DNA of 52,199 nucleotides, taken from assembly GCA_016186095.1 (NCBI GenBank), contig JACPMG010000003.1, positions 1-52,199 of the forward strand. The letters run 5' to 3'. The notes under the pieces were generated by a model. The model saw only the letters and a list, made by a program, of their open reading frames with translations, was not told the origin of the DNA and ran no database searches. The position numbers and the translations under genes were made by a program. Positions 9,282 through 17,140 of the stretch are shown here, piece after piece. The stretch's first letter is position 1. Each line of letters starts with the position of its first letter. The stretch comes from Candidatus Sungiibacteriota bacterium (GTDB lineage Bacteria; Patescibacteriota; Minisyncoccia; Sungbacterales; HO2-52-23).

Positions 9282-10475
9282 ATGAGCGAACTTGTTCTCT
9301 ATCGCAAATACCGTCCCAAAAGCTTTGAAGAAGTTGTCGGGCAGGAGCATGTGATAGCGGCGATTACCAACGCCATCAGAACGGGCCGTGCGGCTCATGC
9401 TTATTTATTCTCCGGCCCTCGCGGTATAGGTAAGACGACTGTGGCGCGACTTATCGCCAAAGCCATGAATTGTGCCAATTTGTCCAAACTTTCTGAAGGA
9501 AAGTTTGCTGACAAATTGAGCACCCGCCGAAGCCTTGGCGAAGGCGGGTTTCCTATACCCTGTGATGCCTGCGATCTTTGCAAAAGTTTTAATGAGGGTA
9601 GGGCGTTTGATTTAATTGAAATCGATGCCGCGTCCAACAGGGGTATTGACGAGATACGAGAGCTTCGCGAGGGCGTGCGTTTTGTCCCGTCGCAGGGAAA
9701 ATACAAGACCTACATAATTGACGAGGTGCATCAGCTGACCAAAGAGGCCTTTAACGCGCTTCTGAAAACCCTGGAGGAGCCGCCCTCGCACGCGGTCTTT
9801 GTCTTGGCCACCACCGAGCTTGAGAAAGTTCCGGCAACAATTGTTTCGCGCACCCAGCACTTTGATTTTCGAAGGCCGAATGTTTCGCAAATCGTAAATC
9901 GTCTGACGCATATCGCAAAAAAGGAAAAAGTAGAGCTTGAACCGGACGCGGCGCACTTAATTGCGCTTGCCGCGGAGGGTTCTTTGCGTGATGCTGAAAG
10001 TATTTTGGGGCAGGTTATGGCCGTGGAGGATAAAGAGATTACGCGTCGCGAAGTGGAAAGCATCCTCGGGCTTCCCCGCAGGGAGTCGGCCAAAAAAATG
10101 TTTGAACTGGTGGCCAAAAAAGACGCTTCCGGGGCCCTTACTCTGGTGCAGGAGCTTCACGATGCCGGCCACGACCTAACTTATTTTTCCAAACTTCTCA
10201 TGCAGTATTTCCGCAGTGCGCTTTTTTTGAAAACGGATCCTGAACTTAAAAAATTCGTGATGGGTGAGATGCTGACGGATGAGATTGATTGTATCACGGC
10301 TCATCTTTCGCTCTTTCAGGCGGGTGATCTTTCGCGGGCGGTAAATATCATTTTTGACAATCTGCAATCTTTCAAAAAAACTCCTATTCCTCAACTTCCG
10401 CTTGAACTTACGGTGGTGGAGCTGATTGCGGGATCGGAGAAAAACGCCTATGGAGAAAAGATCAAAGTTATCTAA
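9282..10475 (+). CDS. dnaX: DNA polymerase III subunit gamma/tau
   Basis: LYRKYRP, GQEHV, HAYLFSGPRGIGKTT, EIDAASNRGIDEIR, IIDEVHQL, NALLKTLEEPP. Confidence 0.97.
   Translation: MSELVLYRKYRPKSFEEVVGQEHVIAAITNAIRTGRAAHAYLFSGPRGIGKTTVARLIAKAMNCANLSKLSEGKFADKLSTRRSLGEGGFPIPCDACDLCKSFNEGRAFDLIEIDAASNRGIDEIRELREGVRFVPSQGKYKTYIIDEVHQLTKEAFNALLKTLEEPPSHAVFVLATTELEKVPATIVSRTQHFDFRRPNVSQIVNRLTHIAKKEKVELEPDAAHLIALAAEGSLRDAESILGQVMAVEDKEITRREVESILGLPRRESAKKMFELVAKKDASGALTLVQELHDAGHDLTYFSKLLMQYFRSALFLKTDPELKKFVMGEMLTDEIDCITAHLSLFQAGDLSRAVNIIFDNLQSFKKTPIPQLPLELTVVELIAGSEKNAYGEKIKVI
9472..9548. repeat. Two adjacent palindromic elements in-frame within dnaX
   Basis: caatttgtc-caaactttc/gaaagtttg-ct-gacaaattg hairpin (9476-9518), then cccgccgaagccttggcgaaggcggg (9523-9548), which is identical to 23579-23604. 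Confidence 0.85.
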
Positions 10476-10686
10476 GGAGTTTTTGGAGAAGAGTCTGGTC
10501 TATTTTCTGGCCGGCCTCGGTTTGGTGGCCGCGCTTGCTTGGAATGATGCCGTGCAGAGTTTGTTTAATGAGGTTTTCGGAGGAGCGCGTGGTTCGCTCA
10601 TCGCCAAATTCGGATATGCTTTTCTAATAACCGTGGTAGTAACGTTTGTTTCTTGGCGTCTGGGCCGTGAAATAGGCCAGAAATAA
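10450..10686 (+). CDS. Small two-TM protein (DUF5654-like)
   Basis: GLGLVAALAWNDAVQSLF and KFGYAFLITVVV pattern. Confidence 0.75.
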   Translation: MEKRSKLSKEFLEKSLVYFLAGLGLVAALAWNDAVQSLFNEVFGGARGSLIAKFGYAFLITVVVTFVSWRLGREIGQK

Positions 10687-10688
10687 TA

Positions 10689-10717
10689 TTGACTAATATC
10701 ATCGCACTAACTACAAT
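10689..10717 (+). promoter_or_regulatory. Sigma70 promoter for a leaderless hicB-hicA transcript
   Basis: TTGACT-17 nt-TACAAT, with the ATG 6 nt after the -10. Confidence 0.65.
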
Positions 10718-10723
10718 AAGGAT

Positions 10724-10966
10724 ATGTTCAGCAAATTTGTAGAGCAAAAATTTAGATCCGCTCGGTATAAGATTTTGAAAGACGGAAGTTACTTTGGCGA
10801 AATCCCGGGATTTAAGGGGGTTTGGGCCAATGCCAAAAGTTTAGAGGATTGTCGCCAGGAGCTGCGCGAGGTTTTGGAGGAATGGTTGCTCTTGAAAGTA
10901 AAACATAGCGAATCGGTGCCAGGATTTAGATTTAGATTTGATCGGCGCGAGCTCGTGAAGAAATAA
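10724..10966 (+). CDS. hicB: HicB-family antitoxin
   Basis: YFGEIPGFKGVWANAKSLEDCRQELREVLEEWL; adjacent to a hicA-like sequence. Confidence 0.85.
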   Translation: MFSKFVEQKFRSARYKILKDGSYFGEIPGFKGVWANAKSLEDCRQELREVLEEWLLLKVKHSESVPGFRFRFDRRELVKK

Positions 10967-10968
10967 CT

Positions 10969-11183
10969 ATGCCGCAGGAGATCTCTTGGAGGAAGTTGGT
11001 TCAGAAATTCCGCAACTTAGGATTTGATGGCCCCTATTCCGGCGGCCGTCATTTGTTTATGGTTAAGGGCGATTAAAGGTACATATTCCAAATCCGCACG
11101 ATGGAGATATCTCGCGGCAGCTTCTTTCAGAAATCCTTCGTCAAGCAGACATTTCTTCGAAAGAATGGAGGATGCATAAATAA
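10969..11183 (+). pseudogene. hicA: HicA-family toxin, frameshifted
   Basis: MPQEISWRKLVQKFRNLGFDGPYSGGRHLFMVKGD-stop (11074-11076); continues in another frame as LKVHIPNPHDGDISRQLLSEILRQADISSKEW. Confidence 0.8.
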
Positions 11184-11188
11184 TTTAT

Positions 11189-11218
11189 TGCGGGGTAGTG
11201 AAGTAGTATCACGCTTGC
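11189..11218 (+). pseudogene. 5' half of a degenerate tRNA
   Basis: TGCGGGG-TA-GTGA-AGTAGTA-TCAC-G-CTTGC gives acceptor strand, D arm and 5' anticodon-stem strand. Confidence 0.6.
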
Positions 11219-11240
11219 CGGCGTCTGTCCTACACAAAAC

Positions 11241-11311
11241 TCCGGGCTCGTCTAATGGTAGGACGGTGGCCTTTGAAGCCATTAATCTACGTTCGAATCG
11301 TAGGCCCGGAG
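11241..11311 (+). tRNA. tRNA-Gln(TTG)
   Basis: Acceptor TCCGGGC/GCCCGGA, anticodon arm GTGGC-CT-TTG-AA-GCCAT, T arm CTACG-TTCGAAT-CGTAG; CCA not encoded. Confidence 0.95.
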
Positions 11312-11325
11312 TTTTGTGCGGGATA

Positions 11326-11392
11326 GCAACTAATTTAGGTCCGTTTTGTCCTTCCGAAGCCAAAGGCGAAGGAGGGAGTCCTGGCCCGGCAG
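11326..11392 (+). pseudogene. 3' half of a degenerate tRNA with a palindromic insert in the T loop
   Basis: GCAAC-TAAT-TTAGG-TCCG-[33 nt containing ccttccgaagccaaaggcgaaggaggg]-AGT-CCTGG-CCCGGCA-G. Confidence 0.65.
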
Positions 11393-11439
11393 AAATCTTG
11401 AGATAAGGTCATAGCCATAGGAACGTATAGTAAACACAT

Positions 11440-12369
11440 ATGATAGAAGCAATACAACTATTCGGAACTTTAATTCTAACCGTAGTGGGTTTTGTAATCC
11501 CGATCTTAACGATTTTAGTGTCAATTTTCCCCGAAGGAGTTAAATCCTTAGCGTCGAAATATGAGAATGAAAGAAAGCAAAGCGATGAAAATATTGCCAA
11601 TGAGGCCATAAAGAAAAAAACCGTGACCGGACTGGATTATGGGGCTCTTGAAAAAACACTCCAAACACTCAAAGGTAAGAAGCGTGAAGCAGAACTAAAG
11701 CTTAGATATTTAGAGCCTGTGCAGTTTCTTTTGAGGACAGCCGTTCCATTTATAGTGGCTTTTATAGGAGTCCTAGTTACCTTAGTCGTAAAGGATTTAC
11801 TAGCAACAACTATCGCATTAGGCGCTAGCATAGTTTCTTTTGCGGCCGGTGTTACGGCCTTGTTCACAAGTATTTCTGTGTTATTTGAGGTTGCGGAAAT
11901 TGTTAACCAGAAAAAGACCAGTAACGAAGAAAAAATTATTGGTTTTCTCTCAATTTTAGCCAAAAAGCCAGGAGAAGATCCTTATTTAAAAGAAGGTGAA
12001 GTTAAGGTTGAGTTCAACAGCCGATCTTTAAAAAAAGACGAGAAATTTGATTTTTCTGTGGACAAGAAATATCAGATCCCAATCTATATTCATAATAGTA
12101 GTGATAGAATGGCTAAAACCGTAGAAGTCGGTTTTGTACTTCCGAAAGATGTAGTTATCGAAAAAACATCAAATCTGGAGATAACAACTACAGAAGAAGA
12201 ACAAATAGTCAGATTTAAGGAGGGGGAAATCCAGGCCCACAATAATAACGCTCAAGGAAATTTAGAGATAACTTTCCTCAAAGCAAAGAGTATAGATGTA
12301 GACGTTTTTATTAAGGGAGAGAACGTGAGATACCAAAGATTCCCATTTAAGTTAAATATTGTAAAATAA
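11440..12369 (+). CDS. Hypothetical membrane protein with beta-rich C-terminal domain
   Basis: 309-aa ORF with about three hydrophobic segments; AT-richer than the core genes. Confidence 0.75.
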   Translation: MIEAIQLFGTLILTVVGFVIPILTILVSIFPEGVKSLASKYENERKQSDENIANEAIKKKTVTGLDYGALEKTLQTLKGKKREAELKLRYLEPVQFLLRTAVPFIVAFIGVLVTLVVKDLLATTIALGASIVSFAAGVTALFTSISVLFEVAEIVNQKKTSNEEKIIGFLSILAKKPGEDPYLKEGEVKVEFNSRSLKKDEKFDFSVDKKYQIPIYIHNSSDRMAKTVEVGFVLPKDVVIEKTSNLEITTTEEEQIVRFKEGEIQAHNNNAQGNLEITFLKAKSIDVDVFIKGENVRYQRFPFKLNIVK

Positions 12370-12393
12370 GTTATCTAAGTTAAACCCCATAAT

Positions 12394-12744
12394 ATGTTTA
12401 ATAGATTTCTCACCAAGTACTCAGCAACGTTGGGAAAGTATTTCCGCTTTTTTTGTATTCTCGTTCTTCCGGTATTAGTACTCTATGTTACATGGATAAT
12501 ATTTTTTATGCCACATAGGTTGCCCTTAGATGGATTCATGATCGGCCTTTGGATTTTCTTGGTGGTCGGTGTAGTATTTCAAATGAGTCTTCTACATTGG
12601 TCGCGTCAACGAAGATATAAACCAGAGTACGAATTTTGGGCAGCAGCATTTTATCTATCTGTTTTAGGGGTTTTAGGTTATTTCTTTCTGCAGATTTTAT
12701 CGGACTGGATAGGTTTTAACGTTCTTAATTATCTCACTATATAG
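12394..12744 (+). CDS. Hypothetical membrane protein
   Basis: 116 aa, three hydrophobic segments. Confidence 0.7.
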   Translation: MFNRFLTKYSATLGKYFRFFCILVLPVLVLYVTWIIFFMPHRLPLDGFMIGLWIFLVVGVVFQMSLLHWSRQRRYKPEYEFWAAAFYLSVLGVLGYFFLQILSDWIGFNVLNYLTI

Positions 12745-12761
12745 TAGAGAAAGATCCACAA

Positions 12762-12804
12762 AGAAGTCCTTAGATACTTGATTTCCGGTTAATCGATACC
12801 GGAG
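12762..12804 (+). repeat. 43-bp direct repeat, copy 1
   Basis: agaagtccttagatacttgatttccggttaatcgataccggag; 39/43 identical to 13425-13467. Confidence 0.85.
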
Positions 12805-12942
12805 TGGCCAGCAGCCTTGCGACCCCTACCGAGGCAGGTCAGGCGCCACAAAACGTATGGCGTCTAGGCCGCATGTTTTGTATTTAGGCTTGATTTTTTA
12901 ATATCGATATACTACAAATGGAGTAGTTCCACTAACCTGAAT

Positions 12943-13338
12943 GTGGAGGTTTTTATGGGTTTGCTAGCTTTCGTTCTTATTGTTTTTATGATCTTCTGGC
13001 TATACGGATATGAAAGACGGAAGAAAAAGCGAGATAAGATTCACCCGATTTTTAATCAGAATTTCCGCGCCAAGGTTTTAGATCGTGAACGTAACGACGG
13101 TTTCTATCTCGTCCTTGAACTTTTAGAAAAGGACGGGCAGCGGATTCGTTGGAAGGTTGATACCAAAGATTATGCTGCTTATCGAATTGGTGAAGAAATG
13201 ACGATTAAACTGTATTCTAGAGATGGGCGGAACTGGTATTCCAGCGCTGACTGGGAAGCCCACGAAGGTATCTTTGGCGAAATGTTTGATATATACACTT
13301 TGGGTAAATGCGTCCCCCAAAAATTCCAAATAGTCTAA
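12943..13338 (+). CDS. Hypothetical protein with N-terminal TM anchor
   Basis: 131 aa (alternative start ATG 12955); followed by hairpin aatggtgc/gcaccatt plus T-run. Confidence 0.7.
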   Translation: MEVFMGLLAFVLIVFMIFWLYGYERRKKKRDKIHPIFNQNFRAKVLDRERNDGFYLVLELLEKDGQRIRWKVDTKDYAAYRIGEEMTIKLYSRDGRNWYSSADWEAHEGIFGEMFDIYTLGKCVPQKFQIV

Positions 13339-13424
13339 TGGTGCAAAGCGCACCATTTTTTAATAGATTTCTCAATGCGGTCCCTACCGGGACCCCTCAA
13401 TAGGAGAAGGGGAACGACCCCCAC

Positions 13425-13467
13425 AGAAGCCCTTAGGTACTTGATTTCTAGTTAATCGATACCGGAG
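13425..13467 (+). repeat. 43-bp direct repeat, copy 2
   Basis: agaagcccttaggtacttgatttctagttaatcgataccggag. Confidence 0.85.
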
Positions 13468-13510
13468 AGATCAGTTGCATTGTTTAACAAGTTTTGTTAT
13501 CATAATCTTC

Positions 13511-13729
13511 ATGGACACGCTTACTATTCCTAAAAAATTAGCTCAAAAGGACGATTTGGTAGTGATTCCCCGTAAAGAATACGAGGGACTTTTGGAATTG
13601 AGACGGATGAAAGAATTTATACCGACCCGTGCTCAAAAAAGGGCGATGTTGCGGGCAGAAAGAAATTTCAGCCGCAAAAAAACACTCTCTTATAATGAAC
13701 TCGTCAAAAAGTTGGGATTTACAGGTTGA
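13511..13729 (+). CDS. Putative antitoxin
   Basis: 72 aa (MDTLTIPKKLAQKDDLVVIPRKEYE...), overlapping a RelE-like gene. Confidence 0.75.
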   Translation: MDTLTIPKKLAQKDDLVVIPRKEYEGLLELRRMKEFIPTRAQKRAMLRAERNFSRKKTLSYNELVKKLGFTG

Positions 13730-13964
13730 TCCCGATGTTTTCAAGATCTTGCAGAAGATGCCTCGGCATGATGCCGAGGTTATTTTGGAAGTAATCCGGC
13801 TCTTGCCTATCAATCCGCACTTCGGTGATATTCAAAAGATGAAGGGCGAAGATAATACTTGGCGTCGCCGCCTTGGTTCGTATCGGATTTTTTTCAGAAT
13901 CAAAATTGCTGAAAAAGTTGTTCTTGTTTTTCATCTGGAGCGCAGGACCTCCAAAACGTATTAA
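13695..13964 (+). CDS. RelE/ParE-family toxin
   Basis: NPHFGDIQKMKGEDNTWRRRLGSYRIFF...ERR; 89 aa. Confidence 0.85.
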   Translation: MNSSKSWDLQVDPDVFKILQKMPRHDAEVILEVIRLLPINPHFGDIQKMKGEDNTWRRRLGSYRIFFRIKIAEKVVLVFHLERRTSKTY

Positions 13965-13997
13965 ATTGGCCATACCGAGACCCCCGTTTTTATTAAA

Positions 13998-14013
13998 CCT
14001 GCCTGCCGGCAGG
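13998..14013. repeat. Truncated CCTGCC-family palindrome
   Basis: cctgcctgccggcagg; 15/16 match to the first 16 nt of the insert at 46547-46566. Confidence 0.6.
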
Positions 14014-14048
14014 TCTCAATAGAGGAAGAGAAATAACTCTTTAATATT

Positions 14049-14243
14049 ATGGAGCAAGAAATTATACAAAAACTCGCGGAGATTGAGAAAAAGCTTGAGG
14101 AAAATACGAAGATAGTTCGGCAAATGCGACAGTATTTTTTCTGGACGCTTATTATTTCCCTGGCGGTGATAGTCCTCCCCCTGATCGGACTTATTTTTAT
14201 CCTTCCCCAATTTATCAGCACCTACGGCAATCTGGGGATTTAG
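14049..14243 (+). CDS. Small coiled-coil plus TM protein
   Basis: 64 aa, charged N-terminal half followed by one long hydrophobic helix. Confidence 0.7.
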   Translation: MEQEIIQKLAEIEKKLEENTKIVRQMRQYFFWTLIISLAVIVLPLIGLIFILPQFISTYGNLGI

Positions 14244-14270
14244 TTTTATGGAGAAACTTTTTATCAAACT

Positions 14271-14732
14271 TTGATGATACTGAAGATAAGAAAAGCCAAA
14301 AAGCTGGATATAGATCAACTCGCAAGAATTTATAGGCGGGCTTATGGTCGTTCTCGAGACGGCGAGGACTGGAGCATTAAAAGAGCCAAGGCCTTACTGG
14401 ATTTTTACTTTGGGCAGAAAACTTTCCTAGGACTTACGGCCTTGGTTGAAGGTAAGATAGTCGGCGCTTTTTTCTCTTTTATAAAACCGTGGCATGATGG
14501 CGACCACTTGGGAGAGGGCGAATTATTTGTTGACCCGGACTACCAGAATAGAAAGATCGGCACAAAACTTTTCTTGGATATGAACAAGATTGCGGCGAAG
14601 AGGAGGTGTACGATTCACGAGCTGATTGTTTATGGGAGAGTCGCGCGGTGGTACAAAAAACTGGGGATCAAGGAAAGCGGTCTTAAACATCTGGAGGGCA
14701 GGATAAAAGATATAATAAAGAAAATGAGTTAA
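14271..14732 (+). CDS. GNAT-family N-acetyltransferase
   Basis: LFVDPDYQNRKIGTKL acetyl-CoA motif A and WYKKLG. Confidence 0.85.
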   Translation: MMILKIRKAKKLDIDQLARIYRRAYGRSRDGEDWSIKRAKALLDFYFGQKTFLGLTALVEGKIVGAFFSFIKPWHDGDHLGEGELFVDPDYQNRKIGTKLFLDMNKIAAKRRCTIHELIVYGRVARWYKKLGIKESGLKHLEGRIKDIIKKMS

Positions 14733-14873
14733 TCTCCATGGCCAAAAGTGATTTTGAAGTAATTTCTGATCGGGTCCGATTACATGTTGACTTTATTTGA
14801 ATTTTATGATAAGCTTTCTAGGAGTAAGAAATGGGGTCGGATTTCTACATAATAATGATGTAAGCTTTAAATT

Positions 14874-15071
14874 ATGACAGGAACTATCAAGACACTTACG
14901 GAAAAGGGGTTTGGATTTATTGCTCGCGAAGGCGAAACCAAGGATCTATTCTTCCATTCCAAGGAGTTGCAGGGTGTGACGTATAGTGAGCTGAAGGTTG
15001 GAGACACGGTCACTTTTGACGTCATCGAGACCGAAAAAGGCCCGGCCGCGACCAATGTATCACGTGCGTAA
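14874..15071 (+). CDS. Cold-shock domain protein
   Basis: KGFGFI (RNP1), DLFFH (RNP2), KGPAATNV. Confidence 0.95.
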   Translation: MTGTIKTLTEKGFGFIAREGETKDLFFHSKELQGVTYSELKVGDTVTFDVIETEKGPAATNVSRA

Positions 15072-15087
15072 AAGCTGATCTATGATC

Positions 15088-15123
15088 GAAAAGCCTTCTC
15101 GCTCGCGAGCGAGAAGGCTTTTC
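15088..15123. terminator. Perfect 36-bp palindrome, probable terminator
   Basis: gaaaagccttctcgctcg|cgagcgagaaggcttttc. Confidence 0.7.
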
Positions 15124-15271
15124 TTACTGTTTCTAACGGGATGGATCCCACACATAACTTTCACTGCGCTAAGTGCCAGTAGTAATGCTGTGGGAAAGTT
15201 AATTTTACGTTCACAAAAGACTTGTACGAGATAAAAGCTATTTTTTCTCTTTTGTGAAAGTTATGTGTGGG

Positions 15272-17140
15272 ATGGAAATTAGAAATATAGCTATAATCGC
15301 CCATGTTGACCACGGGAAAACCACTCTGACCGATGCCATGCTGCGTCAGACCGGCGTTACCAAAGAAGGTGTTTCCATGGATTCCAATACGCTTGAACTT
15401 GAGCGCGGCATTACGATTTATTCCAAAAACGCGGCTATTTTTTATCCTTCGACAAGCACTTCAGCCATGAGCTCAGTGTCGAATGGCTCAGGACGTCCCG
15501 TAACAAAAATAAATATCGTGGACACTCCGGGACACGCGGATTTTGGATCTGAGGTGGAGCGAGTGCTCCGCTCCATAGATTCCGTACTTTTGGTGGTTGA
15601 CGCGCAGGAGGGGCCGATGCCGCAAACCCGCTTTGTCTTAAAAAAATCGCTTGAGCTTGGCCTGAAGCCGATCGTGATTATCAATAAAATTGATAAAGCC
15701 GCAGCCGATCCGGCGCAATGCGCAGAGCAGGTGCTGGAGCTTTTTTTGGAGCTGGGGGCTGACGATAGCCAAGCGAATTTTCCGATCGTATATGCGAACG
15801 GCAGGGCGGGCATTGCCAAGAAAAAACTTGCTGATGAGTCAAAGGATTTGACGCCGCTGCTGGATACGATTTTGGAGCATGTGCCATCGGCATCCTTGCC
15901 GGAATTATCGTCGCGGCCTCTTCGTTTTCAGCCCTTTAATCTCGCCTATGATAATTTTCTGGGACGCATGGCCGTGGGAAGGGTTTATGAAGGCGTGGTG
16001 CGGCCGGGCATGCAGGTTTTTGTGAAGAAAGACGGCGATGCATCCGCACAGGCAGGCGAAATTTCTTCCGGGAAAATAACTAAAGTTTTTACTTTCAGGG
16101 GCTTGGAAAGAATAGAGGCCGAGGAGGCAGGAGCGGGAGATATAGCGCTTATTGCGGGACTTGAGGGTATTGATATTGGCGTGACCGTTACTACCGATAA
16201 GGAGGCGTTGCCCCTGCCCGCAATTGCGGTTGATGAGCCGACCATTGCGCTTACGTTTCTGGTAAATAATTCTCCGCTTGGAGGACGAGAGGGAAAATTT
16301 GTCACCTCGCGCCAGATCAGGGAATACCTTGAGCGGGAATTGCAGGTGAACGTGGGACTTCGCGTTGACTTTACTTCAGCGGATAGTTTCCGGGTATACG
16401 GAAGAGGGGAGCTTCATATAGCTATCTTGCTGGAAAATATGCGGCGGGCCGGATACGAGGTCCAGGTTTCGCAGCCGCAAGTGATTATTCGCACGGAAAA
16501 CGGGGTGCGGCTGGAGCCTTTTGAGGAAGTGATTGTGGATACTCCCGCAGAATTTCAGGGTGTCATAATTGAGCGCTTGGGGCCACGCGGATTTGTTATG
16601 AAAAATATCTTTCAGAAGGGCGATCTTGTGCGACTTTCGTTTGAAGGGCCCACGCGAGGGCTTCTGGGATATCGCAACCAATTTGTAATTGATACGAAAG
16701 GGGAGGGCATTTTTTCTTCGCGCGTCCTCGGCTTCAGGCCTATGGTCGGAGAAATTTATAAACGCGCGGTGGGCTCCATGATTTCTATGGCGGCCGGAAA
16801 GGCCCTAGGATTTGCTCTTTGGGGCTTGCAGGAGCGCGGCACCCTTTATATAAGTCCCGGAACCGAAGTATATATAGGCATGGTCATAGGCAATACTTCC
16901 AAGGGCGAGGAGATGTCGGTGAATCCGACCAAAGGAAAACAGCTTACCAATGTCCGCGCCGCCGCATCGGATGAGGCGATTGATTTGGTGCCGCCGTTTA
17001 AACTCACCATTGAGCGCGGCCTTGAAGTTGTGGCCGAAGACGAATATCTTGAAGTTACTCCCCAAAGCGTTCGTCTGCGGAAGCAAAACTTGACCGAAGC
17101 GGAGCGCACGAAAGCGAAAAGACAAAAAACATATGACTAA
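15272..17140 (+). CDS. typA: Translational GTPase TypA/BipA
   Basis: IRNIAIIAHVDHGKTTL, DTPGHADF, GPMPQTRFVL, GRGELH, NPTKGKQLTNVRA, LEVTPQSVRLRK. Confidence 0.96.
   Translation: MEIRNIAIIAHVDHGKTTLTDAMLRQTGVTKEGVSMDSNTLELERGITIYSKNAAIFYPSTSTSAMSSVSNGSGRPVTKINIVDTPGHADFGSEVERVLRSIDSVLLVVDAQEGPMPQTRFVLKKSLELGLKPIVIINKIDKAAADPAQCAEQVLELFLELGADDSQANFPIVYANGRAGIAKKKLADESKDLTPLLDTILEHVPSASLPELSSRPLRFQPFNLAYDNFLGRMAVGRVYEGVVRPGMQVFVKKDGDASAQAGEISSGKITKVFTFRGLERIEAEEAGAGDIALIAGLEGIDIGVTVTTDKEALPLPAIAVDEPTIALTFLVNNSPLGGREGKFVTSRQIREYLERELQVNVGLRVDFTSADSFRVYGRGELHIAILLENMRRAGYEVQVSQPQVIIRTENGVRLEPFEEVIVDTPAEFQGVIIERLGPRGFVMKNIFQKGDLVRLSFEGPTRGLLGYRNQFVIDTKGEGIFSSRVLGFRPMVGEIYKRAVGSMISMAAGKALGFALWGLQERGTLYISPGTEVYIGMVIGNTSKGEEMSVNPTKGKQLTNVRAAASDEAIDLVPPFKLTIERGLEVVAEDEYLEVTPQSVRLRKQNLTEAERTKAKRQKTYD
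15445..15493. repeat. Nested REP-like element in-frame in typA
   Basis: tccttcgacaag...ctcagga encloses agccatgagctcagtgtcgaatggct; both resemble ccctgagccgtgtcgaaggg at 49997-50016 (outer copy reversed). Confidence 0.7.

Noticed and set aside
440..11231. 12-nt match (ggcgtctgtcct) between the RNA candidate and the tRNA-Gln flank
   Set aside because: Matches of this length are expected by chance in a 52-kb window.
11101..11406. ORFs spanning the tRNA-Gln locus
   Set aside because: They overlap the tRNA and the hicA remnant.
12762..13467. CRISPR array
   Set aside because: Only two repeats, about 620 bp apart with a gene between them, and no cas genes.
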